This document shows positions 37,097 to 46,090 of a stretch of 64,000 nt of DNA, piece after piece; position 1 is the stretch's first letter; each line of letters starts with the position of its first letter. The DNA is from a virus (Duplodnaviria > Heunggongvirae > Uroviricota > Caudoviricetes). A program made the position numbers and the translations under genes. Location: the IMG/VR virus record IMGVR_UViG_3300009788_000100. One strand, written 5' to 3'. The notes under the pieces are model-generated. The model saw nothing but the letters and a program-made list of their open reading frames with translations, had not been told where the DNA came from and did not search any database.

Positions 37097-37860
37097 TTGC
37101 ATACTTTATGTCAGGTTGTCGTAGTACTCCTTGAGCTCGATGCTCTCGCGGCGCCCAGCAAGCAGAGGCCAGGCCATAATGAGCGCAGCGCAGGCGACGC
37201 CAAAGAGGCCCCAGCCCTTCGAATCGAAAGAGGCATAGACCACCAGACCGACAGCAACAGCGGTGCCCACTGATATCAAGGCGACCAGCAGGATAACACT
37301 TGTGTGCAGCAGTTTATTGTTAGTGATGCGTAAGTTCATACTTGTTCCTCTTTGAGTTAAGCGGCGCCCTCGCCGACTTCAACGATGCCCTCGGAGTCTA
37401 CACTTAGCCAACACCCCACCAACGTAAACATCAAGACCGTTTTCTTGCCAACGTTGTGGATAGAAACGCTGATGTTGGGGTAGTTTTCTAAGTTTGAGTC
37501 TAAAAGAGCGCTATAAGCCGACGCTAGAAGGGTGTTAAATGTTGCGGGTGTAAAGTAGTCCGCCGCTTCAGTGAAGGGGCCCTTTATCTCATCGTTAGTG
37601 TAGAGCCTGCCGCGGTAAATTGAACCAGACATTACTTATCCACGGGAATTATTAGTATTTCTAGCTTCGTTCCCGATTTAAACTTCTCCCTCATCTCAAC
37701 AGGAATATCGACTTTGAAAGAGTTTTCATCACTAAACCCCTCCTTATCAAGGGAGATAGTAATATTAGCGGGGGCCCCGGGAGAATCACCCTTTGGCCAA
37801 GTCATCATGTATACCCAAGCTTTAGTTTTTAGAGCTTTCACTCCTACCATCTCCTTTTCT

Positions 37861-37900
37861 CCCCACAAAAAGAGGGCAGCCGCTGAAGCGGCCACCCTCT
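37861..37900 (-). terminator. rho-independent terminator after the SPFH-lipoprotein gene
   Basis: Minus strand reads AGAGGGUGGCCGC-UUCA-GCGGCUGCCCUCU (GC-rich hairpin) followed by UUUUUGU, a few nt downstream of the stop at 37908. Confidence 0.55.
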
Positions 37901-37907
37901 AAGAAAG

Positions 37908-38759
37908 TTAATTACTGATTAGAATCCCCGGCGATGTGCCCCCGGTGATGATAACTTTATCACCTGGCGCAACTTTGCTGTAAAGCAACGCGGCGGCCTC
38001 GATGCGCCGCACTGAGAGGTAGGCTGGCGTCAGAGATTTGGCGAGGATGACGTTGTAGGCAGCCTCAGCTTGAGCTTCTGCAGCTCGCACGATCCTCATC
38101 TTCTCGGCGATCTTCATGCGGTTGTCGGCGCGCAAAACCTCCATCTGTTGTTTCGCGACCTCTTCTTGTAGCTCAATCTCCCGCTTCCGCTTCTTCTCCA
38201 TCGCATTGGTAATGACTTCGGGATAGTCGAGGTTGGAGGTAACAACCATCGTAATCTCGACCGGGGTACCCTTAAGGGCAGCTCGCAAGTCCTTGGCGAT
38301 TACTTCCTGAATTTCTGCTCGCCGCTCGCGAATATCTGTCGTCGAGTACTGCGAAACGTAAAAGCGAGTGATGGAGCGAGCCTGGGGACGAACGTAATTG
38401 TTGTAGAGGACGTCGAAATCTAACACCCCCTTCTTCATTTTCGAACCCTGGTTGTTGAGTACGGCGCGCATCCCCTCCCCATCAGTGACGGCCAAACGAG
38501 CACGGACTTTGAGGTCGAACTTCATGTTGAGCTCGTCCTTGCAGAGCACGCTCATCTTCTCTTTGTAGGTCGTTTCTGAGGTCTCGATGAGCAGCATCTC
38601 GCAGCGACCGTAGCAAGTGTGACGACCGGGCTGCAGGGCTTCAGCTTGGATGCCGCTGGGTTCCTGCCGCACGCCGATGAATCCGGGTGGGACAACTTCG
38701 TTACACCCAAGGGTGTAAAGACTGCAGAAAGCAATAAGGGCGATGATGAGTTTGTTCAC
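37908..38759 (-). CDS. SPFH/band-7 (prohibitin/HflC-like) domain lipoprotein
   Basis: 283 aa. MNKLIIALIAFCSLYTLGC lipoprotein signal, band-7 core, and C-terminal coiled-coil (REIELQEEVAKQQMEVLRADNRMKIAEKMRIVRAAEAQAEAAYN) typical of the SPFH family. Confidence 0.6.
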   Translation of the reverse strand: MNKLIIALIAFCSLYTLGCNEVVPPGFIGVRQEPSGIQAEALQPGRHTCYGRCEMLLIETSETTYKEKMSVLCKDELNMKFDLKVRARLAVTDGEGMRAVLNNQGSKMKKGVLDFDVLYNNYVRPQARSITRFYVSQYSTTDIRERRAEIQEVIAKDLRAALKGTPVEITMVVTSNLDYPEVITNAMEKKRKREIELQEEVAKQQMEVLRADNRMKIAEKMRIVRAAEAQAEAAYNVILAKSLTPAYLSVRRIEAAALLYSKVAPGDKVIITGGTSPGILISN

Positions 38760-39196
38760 TTAGTTCCTCCGTCGGGTTGGTACTGCTTGAGTTTATCTTG
38801 GAGAGCCTTGTCGGTCTCCTTTTGGATTTGATCGTAGTCCTTCTCCCACTCTGGCGTTGGCGCCGGGGCAGCATCGGGACGCAGCTGTTCTTGCTGCTTC
38901 TGAGTTTCGGTGACACCATCGCCACCAGTGCCGGTGTATGTATTCTTTGCGGGTTCTCCTGGGCCATAAGCAGTGAAGAAAAGGAAGAAACAAAGGGCTG
39001 CTGGTGCGGCTAGCCACACTACCTTCATTATTAGCTGACCGGGTGTGTAATTTTCCCAAACGTCACCGTTGTCAACGTCGGCGAAGAGGTCATAGATTTT
39101 GAGCAGGGAACGTCCCACCAAGAAGGTGAAGAAGAGGGCGCCGGCGAAGCTAACCCAGGCGACGATGTCAGTGCCGAAGTTAGTAATGGTGGACAT
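38756..39196 (-). CDS. membrane protein
   Basis: 146 aa with two hydrophobic segments and a P/T/G-rich linker. Confidence 0.35.
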   Translation of the reverse strand: MSTITNFGTDIVAWVSFAGALFFTFLVGRSLLKIYDLFADVDNGDVWENYTPGQLIMKVVWLAAPAALCFFLFFTAYGPGEPAKNTYTGTGGDGVTETQKQQEQLRPDAAPAPTPEWEKDYDQIQKETDKALQDKLKQYQPDGGTK

Positions 39197-39668
39197 GCTT
39201 GTTGTTCTCCGTTTCTTTCAGGTAAGTATCGGCTGCTTCTTGATAGGTACAAGGCGTAACTACATTCAAGTCGTTCGCGTTAAGAATTGCCTCCCACACG
39301 ATGCAGTCGGCCCCGTTTGCGAAAGCTGCTATACAGATTTCTCCTTCGGGGTCGCAAACCCAGGCGGTGTAGTACACATCGGAGGAGGCGCAGGGACCCC
39401 CACGCTTACCCTCTCCCCAAACCCTCTCGTTACGGGTGTACTTTGCGCATGCCCCCATGCCAAGGAAACAGCGGGTGTCCTTCTTTGGGCTTTCCGTACA
39501 GCTCCAAAATTCTTTCAGGGCCTCATCCCTGTTCGGGGGAGTGTCGCTGTTGACGCACCCTGCGACAAGCGCCAGTGTGATAGCTAGGAGTGTTAGTTTC
39601 ATTGAACTCACGTGTAGGTAGTTAATTATTGGTCCTCTTATTTGTTGCGACCGAAACCGAAAATTCAA
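39180..39668 (-). CDS. secreted Cys-rich lipoprotein
   Basis: 162 aa. MKLTLLAITLALVAGC lipobox and 10+ cysteines. Confidence 0.4.
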   Translation of the reverse strand: MNFRFRSQQIRGPIINYLHVSSMKLTLLAITLALVAGCVNSDTPPNRDEALKEFWSCTESPKKDTRCFLGMGACAKYTRNERVWGEGKRGGPCASSDVYYTAWVCDPEGEICIAAFANGADCIVWEAILNANDLNVVTPCTYQEAADTYLKETENNKHVHHY

Positions 39669-40424
39669 CCACCATTTGTTCGCACATCAATAACTGCGCT
39701 CACCTTACCGAGCTTTTATCGTGAAGTGAAACTCCAAACGGTCGCTGCTACCTACGGTGTACTCGTATAAATCTTGGGTGACAGATTCTAGAGTTAGGGT
39801 AGTACGCTTTAGCCAATCAAGGGCCTCTTCGTTTCCTCGCAGGCGATACTTTAGAATTCCCACCTCTTCCCTCGCCTTCTTGAAGGCTTCTCTGGTGTCG
39901 ATGGCGTCGATTGTAAAACGCTCTACGGTTTCTTCCATCTTACTTCTCCTGCAGTATCATCTCGCACAGCTCTCGACACAAGCGACTGCATTTAGTTTCC
40001 ATGCGTTGGAGAGACCGTATCTCTGCGTTTCTTTGAGTGCGGAGTCGTTCTATCTCCGCAATAAGGCGGAGCGCATCGCGGGGGGACCAGGGGTAAAGAA
40101 AGCCGTACTCCTCCAGAAGCTTGAGTTCTTTTTGAGTTAGGTTCTGCTCACGCGTTCCTTTTCCCATCGGTAATATATACCTCTTTTACATTTTCTTGAG
40201 GATGTGTTGGAGGTCGTCGAGGTAATCTCGTGCCCACTGCAAAGCGGATCGCTTCGCACTTTCCTCGCTAGCTAGGTCTCTACAAAGCCACAGTTGGTTT
40301 CGACCGGCATCGAGGACTAACACTGTCCAGCTCCCATCAAGCGCTTCATAAGCTCGTAAGCTGAGCATAGAACCAATATCGAGGACATTGCTATTGACCC
40401 CCCGTTTTCTCCAAGTAAAGTAAC

Positions 40425-40967
40425 TCATCTCTTTGCTATTGCCTTGTAGTTTTTGTGGTCGGGGTTAACTTTAAAATCGCTAAGCACTCCCTTATGCTCG
40501 CCGTTAGCGAGGATCTTTACACCTACACAATAGGCTCCCCAGTAACAGGAAAGTTCATAGCGCATTGCCGCTTCAGTATAAGCCTGGAACCAACCATCGA
40601 AGAGTTTATGTTGGCGTAGAAGCGTTACCCCCTCTACCCACGCCAATTGCTCCCTTTTGTAAACTTCGCTGTCAATTGTGTACTCTGTGCCGTTGTCGTG
40701 GCGGTAAACAGCCATAGGTTGGGGGCAGAAAGGTTGGTTGGTAAAATCAATGCAGTGGCCAACCTCGTGAGTTAGTAAGGCGGCGGTGGCTAGCGGGCTC
40801 CGCTCGCCCATTTGAATGTAGTTGATCTTGTTATACCAAACACCATCGTCAACATCAATGTACGAAAGACTGACATTACTACGGTAGATATCAGATGTTT
40901 CTATGGGCCAATGCTTCTGCTCGCAGTAATCCACGAGAAAATCAAGTACTTCTTTTGATGTAGTCAT
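40425..40967 (-). CDS. HEVGH zinc-metallopeptidase-like protein, paralog C
   Basis: 180 aa with AALLTHEVGHCIDF. Confidence 0.45.
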   Translation of the reverse strand: MTTSKEVLDFLVDYCEQKHWPIETSDIYRSNVSLSYIDVDDGVWYNKINYIQMGERSPLATAALLTHEVGHCIDFTNQPFCPQPMAVYRHDNGTEYTIDSEVYKREQLAWVEGVTLLRQHKLFDGWFQAYTEAAMRYELSCYWGAYCVGVKILANGEHKGVLSDFKVNPDHKNYKAIAKR

Positions 40968-40974
40968 TTACTTA

Positions 40975-41055
40975 GTCCCCCAAATGGGATTCGAACCCAC
41001 ACGACCTTACAGTCAGGTGTTTAAGGTGGGGGGGGGGAGGTTTGGATACCTCCCC
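40975..41055 (-). tRNA. tRNA-like element with intact T-arm/acceptor 3' half and aberrant 5' half containing a C11 homopolymer
   Basis: Minus strand. T-arm GUGGG-UUCGAAU-CCCAU, 3' acceptor UUGGGGG-A. The upstream part holds the hairpin GGGGAGG-UAUCCAAA-CCUCCCC and an 11-C run (plus strand G11 at 41029-41039), with no D-arm. Confidence 0.3.
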
Positions 41056-41162
41056 ATTAGTTCCTAGCTCTTTTGGAGCAGAAGTCGTAAAGACTTGCAT
41101 TAAGCTTTGGACACTTAACAAAAGGCAAAACACCTCAGAAGAACTAATCCCCGTAGTTTTAG

Positions 41163-41235
41163 TGCAGCGAGGGGGAGTCGAACCCCCACGATCTTTCAAT
41201 CAACGGATTTTCTTACCAACTACAGTTTTCACTGC
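41163..41235 (-). tRNA. tRNA-like gene, 73 nt, good acceptor and T-arm but no recognisable D/anticodon cloverleaf
   Basis: Minus strand. Acceptor GCAGUGA/UCGCUGC (one G-U), T-arm GGGGG-UUCGACU-CCCCC, discriminator A. The internal 39 nt (contains UAGUUGGUAA D-loop-like string) do not fold into standard arms. Confidence 0.4.
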
Positions 41236-41350
41236 CACGGTAAACGTGTTTGTGGTCTGGACTTTATCTTTACCATTTCCCTAAAGTTATATTATTCTTA
41301 GAGAGGCAGGTAGATGCCGTCAAGTCTCTACACCTTCTTAAGGAGAGTAT

Positions 41351-41827
41351 ATGAAATGGACCTGGAGAACTAAAACTTTAGAGCAGGTTAAGGATGCGGT
41401 AGCAAAATCCACTTCCTACTGCCAGGCTTTAAACCGATTAGAGCTTAGAGCTGCTGGCGGTAACTACGCTTCTCTAAAGCGAGCAATCAAAGAACATAAC
41501 ATAGATGCCTCCCATTTCCGTGGTCAAGGTTGGAGGAAAGGAAGAACGTTTCCTCCCAAGCGCTGCTTGGAAGAGTACCTCACCAATAAGTTTCCCCTTC
41601 AATCTCACAAACTTAGGCTTCGCCTCCTCTCTGAGGGGGTTTTTAAACCCGTTTGTAGCAATTGTAAGAGAAAAACCTGGTTAGGTAGTCCAATCCCTCT
41701 TGAACTAGAACACATTAATGGGGACAATTTGGATAACAGCCTAACAAACTTGTGTTTGCTGTGTCCTAATTGCCATGCGCTTACACCGACCTATCGAGGT
41801 AAGAACAAAGGAAAACCATCTCCTTAA
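41351..41827 (+). CDS. HNH homing endonuclease
   Basis: The only convincing plus-strand gene. 158 aa with ELEHINGDNLDNSLTNLCLLCPNCHALT (HNH) and CSNCKRK zinc knuckle. Sits inside the tRNA cluster. Confidence 0.7.
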   Translation: MKWTWRTKTLEQVKDAVAKSTSYCQALNRLELRAAGGNYASLKRAIKEHNIDASHFRGQGWRKGRTFPPKRCLEEYLTNKFPLQSHKLRLRLLSEGVFKPVCSNCKRKTWLGSPIPLELEHINGDNLDNSLTNLCLLCPNCHALTPTYRGKNKGKPSP

Positions 41828-42385
41828 GCTTGGCTCGGTATTGCCATTACTAAAGGGTTCACCGAGTTTGACATCTTCTACTCCCGGGGTTTCCCCCGGG
41901 GCACTCAAATTTTACTTAAGTCCGTCGTGGCTACCATTACACCACCGCTGCATAGTCCCAGTCAATTGACTCTGCCAATTGGTCTACCGGGGGTTTATTT
42001 ATCTTTTTGTGCACGCAGCCAAAGCACTTGGTGTTTAGGTTGACCTACACCTACACATTTTACTTTAGTGGAAGCTATATGAGGTTCAAGAGCATTCCCC
42101 TTCGAGAATCCAACTTTTCGTCCACACCAAGGACACTTTATCTTCTTTTTATTCGCGGGCACAAGTTACTATAAAGAATAGGGATTGCATGCTTTGCAAG
42201 GGCAATAGAGATGAAGAAACTTGGGCCAGTCTTTACGAGGAATGCCTTCTTCCTTCAACCTTTGGTAGTAAGCTTGGATAGCGCAGTTCTTTTTAGGGTT
42301 TTCGTCTGCCCAGTGTTCCTTTTTATGTACCCACTGCTTTACTTTATTCTTTTCATCCTTTGGCATGTTTTTCTCTCTTGTTGGA

Positions 42386-42455
42386 TCGGGTGCAGGGAAT
42401 CGAACCCCAGTCCTCAGGACCAAAACCTGATGTCTTACCTCTAGACGACACCCGA
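42386..42455 (-). tRNA. tRNA-Gln (anticodon UUG)
   Basis: Minus strand. Acceptor UCGGGUG/CACCCGA, D-arm GUCU-AGAGGUA-AGAC, anticodon arm UCAGG-UUUUGGU-CCUGA (U33, anticodon UUG, G37), T-arm UGGGG-UUCGAUU-CCCUG. CCA not encoded. Confidence 0.8.
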
Positions 42456-42658
42456 ATACATCCCCGATTTTTTTCAGGTAGTGTCAGAAGCTTTAGGGGG
42501 CGTCGGGCCATAAGCCAGAGACTCAGTGAAGTCCAACGTAGAGCCGTCAGGGAAGGAGATAAAGGTAATTCCTGCCTCCACCCTTATTTCTGCTGAGGCA
42601 GAGTCGGCCATATCTCCGATTGACTCGTCCAACTGCTCCTTAAAGCTTTCTGCGTGGG

Positions 42659-43186
42659 TCATGCTTGATCTCCGTATTTCTTTTGAAGTTTGGCTAACAG
42701 CTTTTTATCTTGCTCGATTTGTTTCTCTTCAGCCGTTCGTGCTTTTAATACAGCGGCTTTGTTCTTCTCCGCCTTCTCTAAAACGAGGGCTGCCAAAATA
42801 TTCTCTTCCCACTTAGTATCATTGAGTAGTTCTAAAGGAACCATATAGGATACCGATTCCCCCGGGCAGGAGCTACAGTGACCTCTTCCCTCCAGCCAGA
42901 GAGTAATGTGCTTGGGGTCGGTAAGCTCGTAATCCTCTAGCCAGCTAACAGGATAAGTTGTCGGATGCTGCAACTCATGGTAGCGTTTTCCGAATTTCAA
43001 CAGTTGGCTTTCAATATCCTTTTTCTCAGCGAAGAACTTTTCTAATCTCTCAGCTGTTATCATATTACTTGCTCTTTTTGTGCCCAGGAAGAGAGGAAGA
43101 GCAGGCCGGCGATTAGTACTAGTACATAAGCCCCCATGGCCAACCCGGCCGCGCCGAGAGCAACCGCACCGAAACGGGTCACCCAA
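42659..43186 (-). CDS. hypothetical protein
   Basis: 175-aa ORF. Likely true start at internal MITAERLEKFF; coiled-coil C-terminus. Confidence 0.3.
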   Translation of the reverse strand: MGDPFRCGCSRRGRVGHGGLCTSTNRRPALPLFLGTKRASNMITAERLEKFFAEKKDIESQLLKFGKRYHELQHPTTYPVSWLEDYELTDPKHITLWLEGRGHCSSCPGESVSYMVPLELLNDTKWEENILAALVLEKAEKNKAAVLKARTAEEKQIEQDKKLLAKLQKKYGDQA

Positions 43187-43683
43187 GTCGCTGTTGAGTT
43201 AGCAGCGTCTAGGCCCCAAAATTTAGCAATCAAAGCGTGGAAGATGCGGCCGCCGTCGAGAGGGAAGAGGGGTAGCAGGTTGAAACACCCGATAATTACA
43301 TTTAGGCCAAAGAATAAGGCCACTAGCTGGTGGGGTATAAGAGGAAAAGTAACCCAAGTAAGAAAAGCCAGCATAAAGTTAACAGCTGGGCCAGCAAGCG
43401 CGATATTAACGCTCTCTTTGACGTTAAAGCTTCGACGGGGCATAATCAAGGCTGCCCCACCGAGACCATGGAGAATGATGCCTTTAAAGCCGTAACCGTA
43501 GTACCGAGCTACAGCGACGTGGCTAAGCTCGTGAAGCAGAATGCTCACAAAAACCATCATCAATATTGGAATCATTATAAGGCCACCAAAGAGGACGAAA
43601 AGGCCCATCGCCAGTAGGAAGGTACTGTGGATGGTAAGTGGCTGCCCCCAAATAGTACCTATCTTTATCCCTTTTCCGGTCAT
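43060..43683 (-). CDS. M50-family site-2 protease (intramembrane zinc metalloprotease)
   Basis: 207 aa, multi-pass membrane protein. ILLHELSHVAVAR (HExxH in a TM helix) and NLLPLFPLDGGRIF (the LDG motif of RseP/SpoIVFB). Confidence 0.65.
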   Translation of the reverse strand: MTGKGIKIGTIWGQPLTIHSTFLLAMGLFVLFGGLIMIPILMMVFVSILLHELSHVAVARYYGYGFKGIILHGLGGAALIMPRRSFNVKESVNIALAGPAVNFMLAFLTWVTFPLIPHQLVALFFGLNVIIGCFNLLPLFPLDGGRIFHALIAKFWGLDAANSTATWVTRFGAVALGAAGLAMGAYVLVLIAGLLFLSSWAQKEQVI

Positions 43684-43901
43684 TGTTTTCCTTTTGTATC
43701 TACCTTAAACCTAGCTTTTTAACTAGTTTCTCAACGGCCTCTTCTGGGGTTTTGGCCTTGCTGTGCTCGGAGTCCCAGACGATATTTGTCCAGCCGTTGC
43801 CGGCCAACCTACGTTTACCGCAAGTCCAAAAAAGCACACTACTTTCTCCTAGTACAGGAGTCAGCTGAAGCCTGTGCTTTTTATAACCCTAAGGTAGTTC
43901 A

Positions 43902-44120
43902 TTACCGTTTTCGGAAGGTAATCAGCCCGCGAGAAGAGTCATAGGGAGAAACGGCCACAGTCACCTCATCCCCCAGCACGACTCGAATACGGTTCTTTCG
44001 CATTCGACCAGAGAGTTTAGCGATAACCACGATGTCATCTTCGCAGCTAACGCGGAAGTTTCCACCTCCCCCGCAGCTAACTATCGTCCCCTCCATTTCG
44101 ATATGATCTTCTTTACCCAT
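43902..44120 (-). CDS. infA: translation initiation factor IF-1
   Basis: From internal Met: MGKEDHIEMEGTIVS...FRV....VVIAKLSGRMRKNRIRVVLGDEVTVAVSPYDSSRGLITFRKR. E. coli IF1 is [66 protein letters not shown]. 72 aa. Confidence 0.8.
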   Translation of the reverse strand: MGKEDHIEMEGTIVSCGGGGNFRVSCEDDIVVIAKLSGRMRKNRIRVVLGDEVTVAVSPYDSSRGLITFRKR

Positions 44121-44511
44121 AACGCTGTGCTTTCCTTTCGCTGCAATGCTGCCGCCAGCTACCCGATTCAACAACAGCGTCATCACGGTAACTGCCGTTG
44201 TAGATGTAAATAAGGATGTCTTCAGTACCGTCTTCTAGGGTGATAAATTCTCGGCGGTACAACCCCTGCGTCGGGTCGGCCTTGTAGACGCCCTCTAAGC
44301 CGTTCAGACGGTCTTCTTGTTCCGTGTCCACCTCGTACACCTCTCCCTGGAGAGGGGTCTCACCGTCCAGGAAGACGCCAGGAAAGGCGCCTAAAGAAAC
44401 CATGGTGAACTCCGGTTTCGTGGTCGCTTCGCCAACGAAAACTGCATCTTCTAGTAAACAGTGGTTGCCAAAGCCCTTTAATAGGCTACCATAAACAAAA
44501 ACTTTGGTCAT
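44113..44511 (-). CDS. gamma-glutamyl cyclotransferase / AIG2-like protein
   Basis: 132 aa starting MTKVFVYGSLLKG (the YGSL motif of the GGCT/AIG2 fold) with a downstream conserved E (LQGEVYEV). Confidence 0.6.
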   Translation of the reverse strand: MTKVFVYGSLLKGFGNHCLLEDAVFVGEATTKPEFTMVSLGAFPGVFLDGETPLQGEVYEVDTEQEDRLNGLEGVYKADPTQGLYRREFITLEDGTEDILIYIYNGSYRDDAVVESGSWRQHCSERKAQRYG

Positions 44512-44526
44512 TTTATTCCTTATCTA

Positions 44527-45024
44527 TCAGTTTTGGAGGTCTTCGAGCAGCTTTAATACTTGCTTATACCCGAAGCTTTCTCCCAGCAAAAAGGTTTTTT
44601 GTTGTGTCGCGCCGTCGAGCGTCATGATTTTTCGCTTGAGTATCTTGATTAGCCGCTCGTTCGAGGCTGCCTCCGTAAGCTCAACAAACTGGCGCACAAC
44701 TTCGGCGACAGTCTTTCTTTGTAGTTGTCCTTCGGCTACCCGTTCTGCTTCCTCTAAGAAGCTAACGAGGAGATCAACTCGTGGTTTTACGCCCACGGAC
44801 TTTTTGTTTCTGCCCCTTGCGGTCGTTGCGGTGACGTGGCCGCTTGGCGTCGTTAGTGTTGTCCACTTCAACCGGCTTCTCCGCTTTTCGGGTTGAAACG
44901 TGGTGGAAAAGAACGATACGGAAACTTTCTCTCTTTTCGTCCCGCGCCCTTCGCCGCCGAATACGTACCTTAGCTTTTCCGTTGGTGCGGCTGCCGTCGC
45001 TGTTAACCTTACCGTAAGGTGCAA
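44527..45024 (-). CDS. hypothetical protein
   Basis: 165-aa ORF. Overlapped in another frame by a 117-aa ORF; only one is likely real. Confidence 0.3.
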   Translation of the reverse strand: MHLTVRLTATAAAPTEKLRYVFGGEGRGTKREKVSVSFFSTTFQPEKRRSRLKWTTLTTPSGHVTATTARGRNKKSVGVKPRVDLLVSFLEEAERVAEGQLQRKTVAEVVRQFVELTEAASNERLIKILKRKIMTLDGATQQKTFLLGESFGYKQVLKLLEDLQN

Positions 45025-45129
45025 ACGTTTTATCCGCTATAACCTGAGCTTCTTGATAAGTACCAGCGACGTGCTCTTCAACCTTGAAGTAGTTTGCCGA
45101 CAGTTGTTCTGTGTCTATATCGATCATAT

Positions 45130-45528
45130 TTAACTTCCAAAGCTAACTGTTCCCGTGGAGGCATATGTTCCCATAACGTAGCTGTTCGGGGCCGAAAGAG
45201 GAACTTCTCTTTTTTTCTTTGCCGAAAGGAGATTTTTTTTCTCCTTTTTTCCATGCAGCTTTAATCGTCGGCGCTTTAACTTATTAAGTCGGTGAGCCAA
45301 CGTTTTTTCAACGTTATACCACCGCTGGTAGTGGTACTTCTGATACATACGTTCGCGCACGCTAGCGGCAATGCTTGAACCCACTATCGTCGGTGAGTTG
45401 TGCAGCGCTACACTTTCGTAACGCAATCGGTGGTGACTGGCGGTGTCGCGGGCATTTTTTAACAGTTCCACCAGCTTCACTATCTTTTTATCGATAGCAG
45501 CGACCTTCACTTTCTTAGCCGACGCCAT
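45130..45528 (-). CDS. hypothetical basic protein
   Basis: 132-aa ORF, K/R-rich. Confidence 0.3.
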   Translation of the reverse strand: MASAKKVKVAAIDKKIVKLVELLKNARDTASHHRLRYESVALHNSPTIVGSSIAASVRERMYQKYHYQRWYNVEKTLAHRLNKLKRRRLKLHGKKEKKNLLSAKKKREVPLSAPNSYVMGTYASTGTVSFGS

Positions 45529-46090
45529 GCTTCTTCCTCCATTTACGCACCTTCTTGGTAACCATCTTCTTTTTCATCGGGCTAAACCCTTCCAACATTG
45601 TCTGGCCCAGAAGATGCTCAAACTCGTGTTGTATAACCCGCGCTAAGAAGTCCTTTGCCGTGATAAAAAATTTTCCCCCCGCGACATTATATGCTTCGAT
45701 AACTACGTCACGCTGGCGTTTTACTTGCAAAAAAATATCGGGGAAAGAAAGGCACCCTTCTAGCCCGGTTATTGGTTCGCCTGGGTGCAGCATGACAATT
45801 TGCGGGTTAATAAGAACCCAGGCCCCCTTGAGCCCACTTTCTTCTCCTCCCCACTTTATTAAATCACCACCATCTTCTAGTTCTTGATTAATCACGAAGA
45901 TGCTAGCAGAGCTACCTATTTGTGGCGCGGCTAAACCAACACCTCCCCAGATAAACATCGAATCAACAAGGTTCGTTGCTAGTGCTAAAGTTTCCTCGTT
46001 GAACTTACTAATAGTATTAGTTTCGCTCTTCAGGTGCGAACTTGGCCAGTAAACTAATGGCTTAGCAGTTGGCATATTTATCTGTTGCAC
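45515..46090 (-). CDS. def: peptide deformylase
   Basis: 191 aa with all three PDF motifs: GVGLAAPQIG, LEGCLSFP, VIQHEFEHLLG. Confidence 0.8.
   Translation of the reverse strand: MQQINMPTAKPLVYWPSSHLKSETNTISKFNEETLALATNLVDSMFIWGGVGLAAPQIGSSASIFVINQELEDGGDLIKWGGEESGLKGAWVLINPQIVMLHPGEPITGLEGCLSFPDIFLQVKRQRDVVIEAYNVAGGKFFITAKDFLARVIQHEFEHLLGQTMLEGFSPMKKKMVTKKVRKWRKKHGVG

Noticed and set aside
41884-41901. Inverted repeat CCCGGGGTTTCCCCCGGGG downstream of the HNH gene, considered as a terminator or att core
   Set aside because: The T-run is not immediately adjacent (CACTCAAATTTTAC follows), so a canonical intrinsic terminator is weak. Mentioned only in the HNH finding.
44774-45127. 117-aa minus-strand ORF overlapping 44527..45024 in another frame
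   Set aside because: It is an R/K-rich frame and largely overlaps the longer 165-aa ORF, so only one can be real. Kept the longer one at low confidence.
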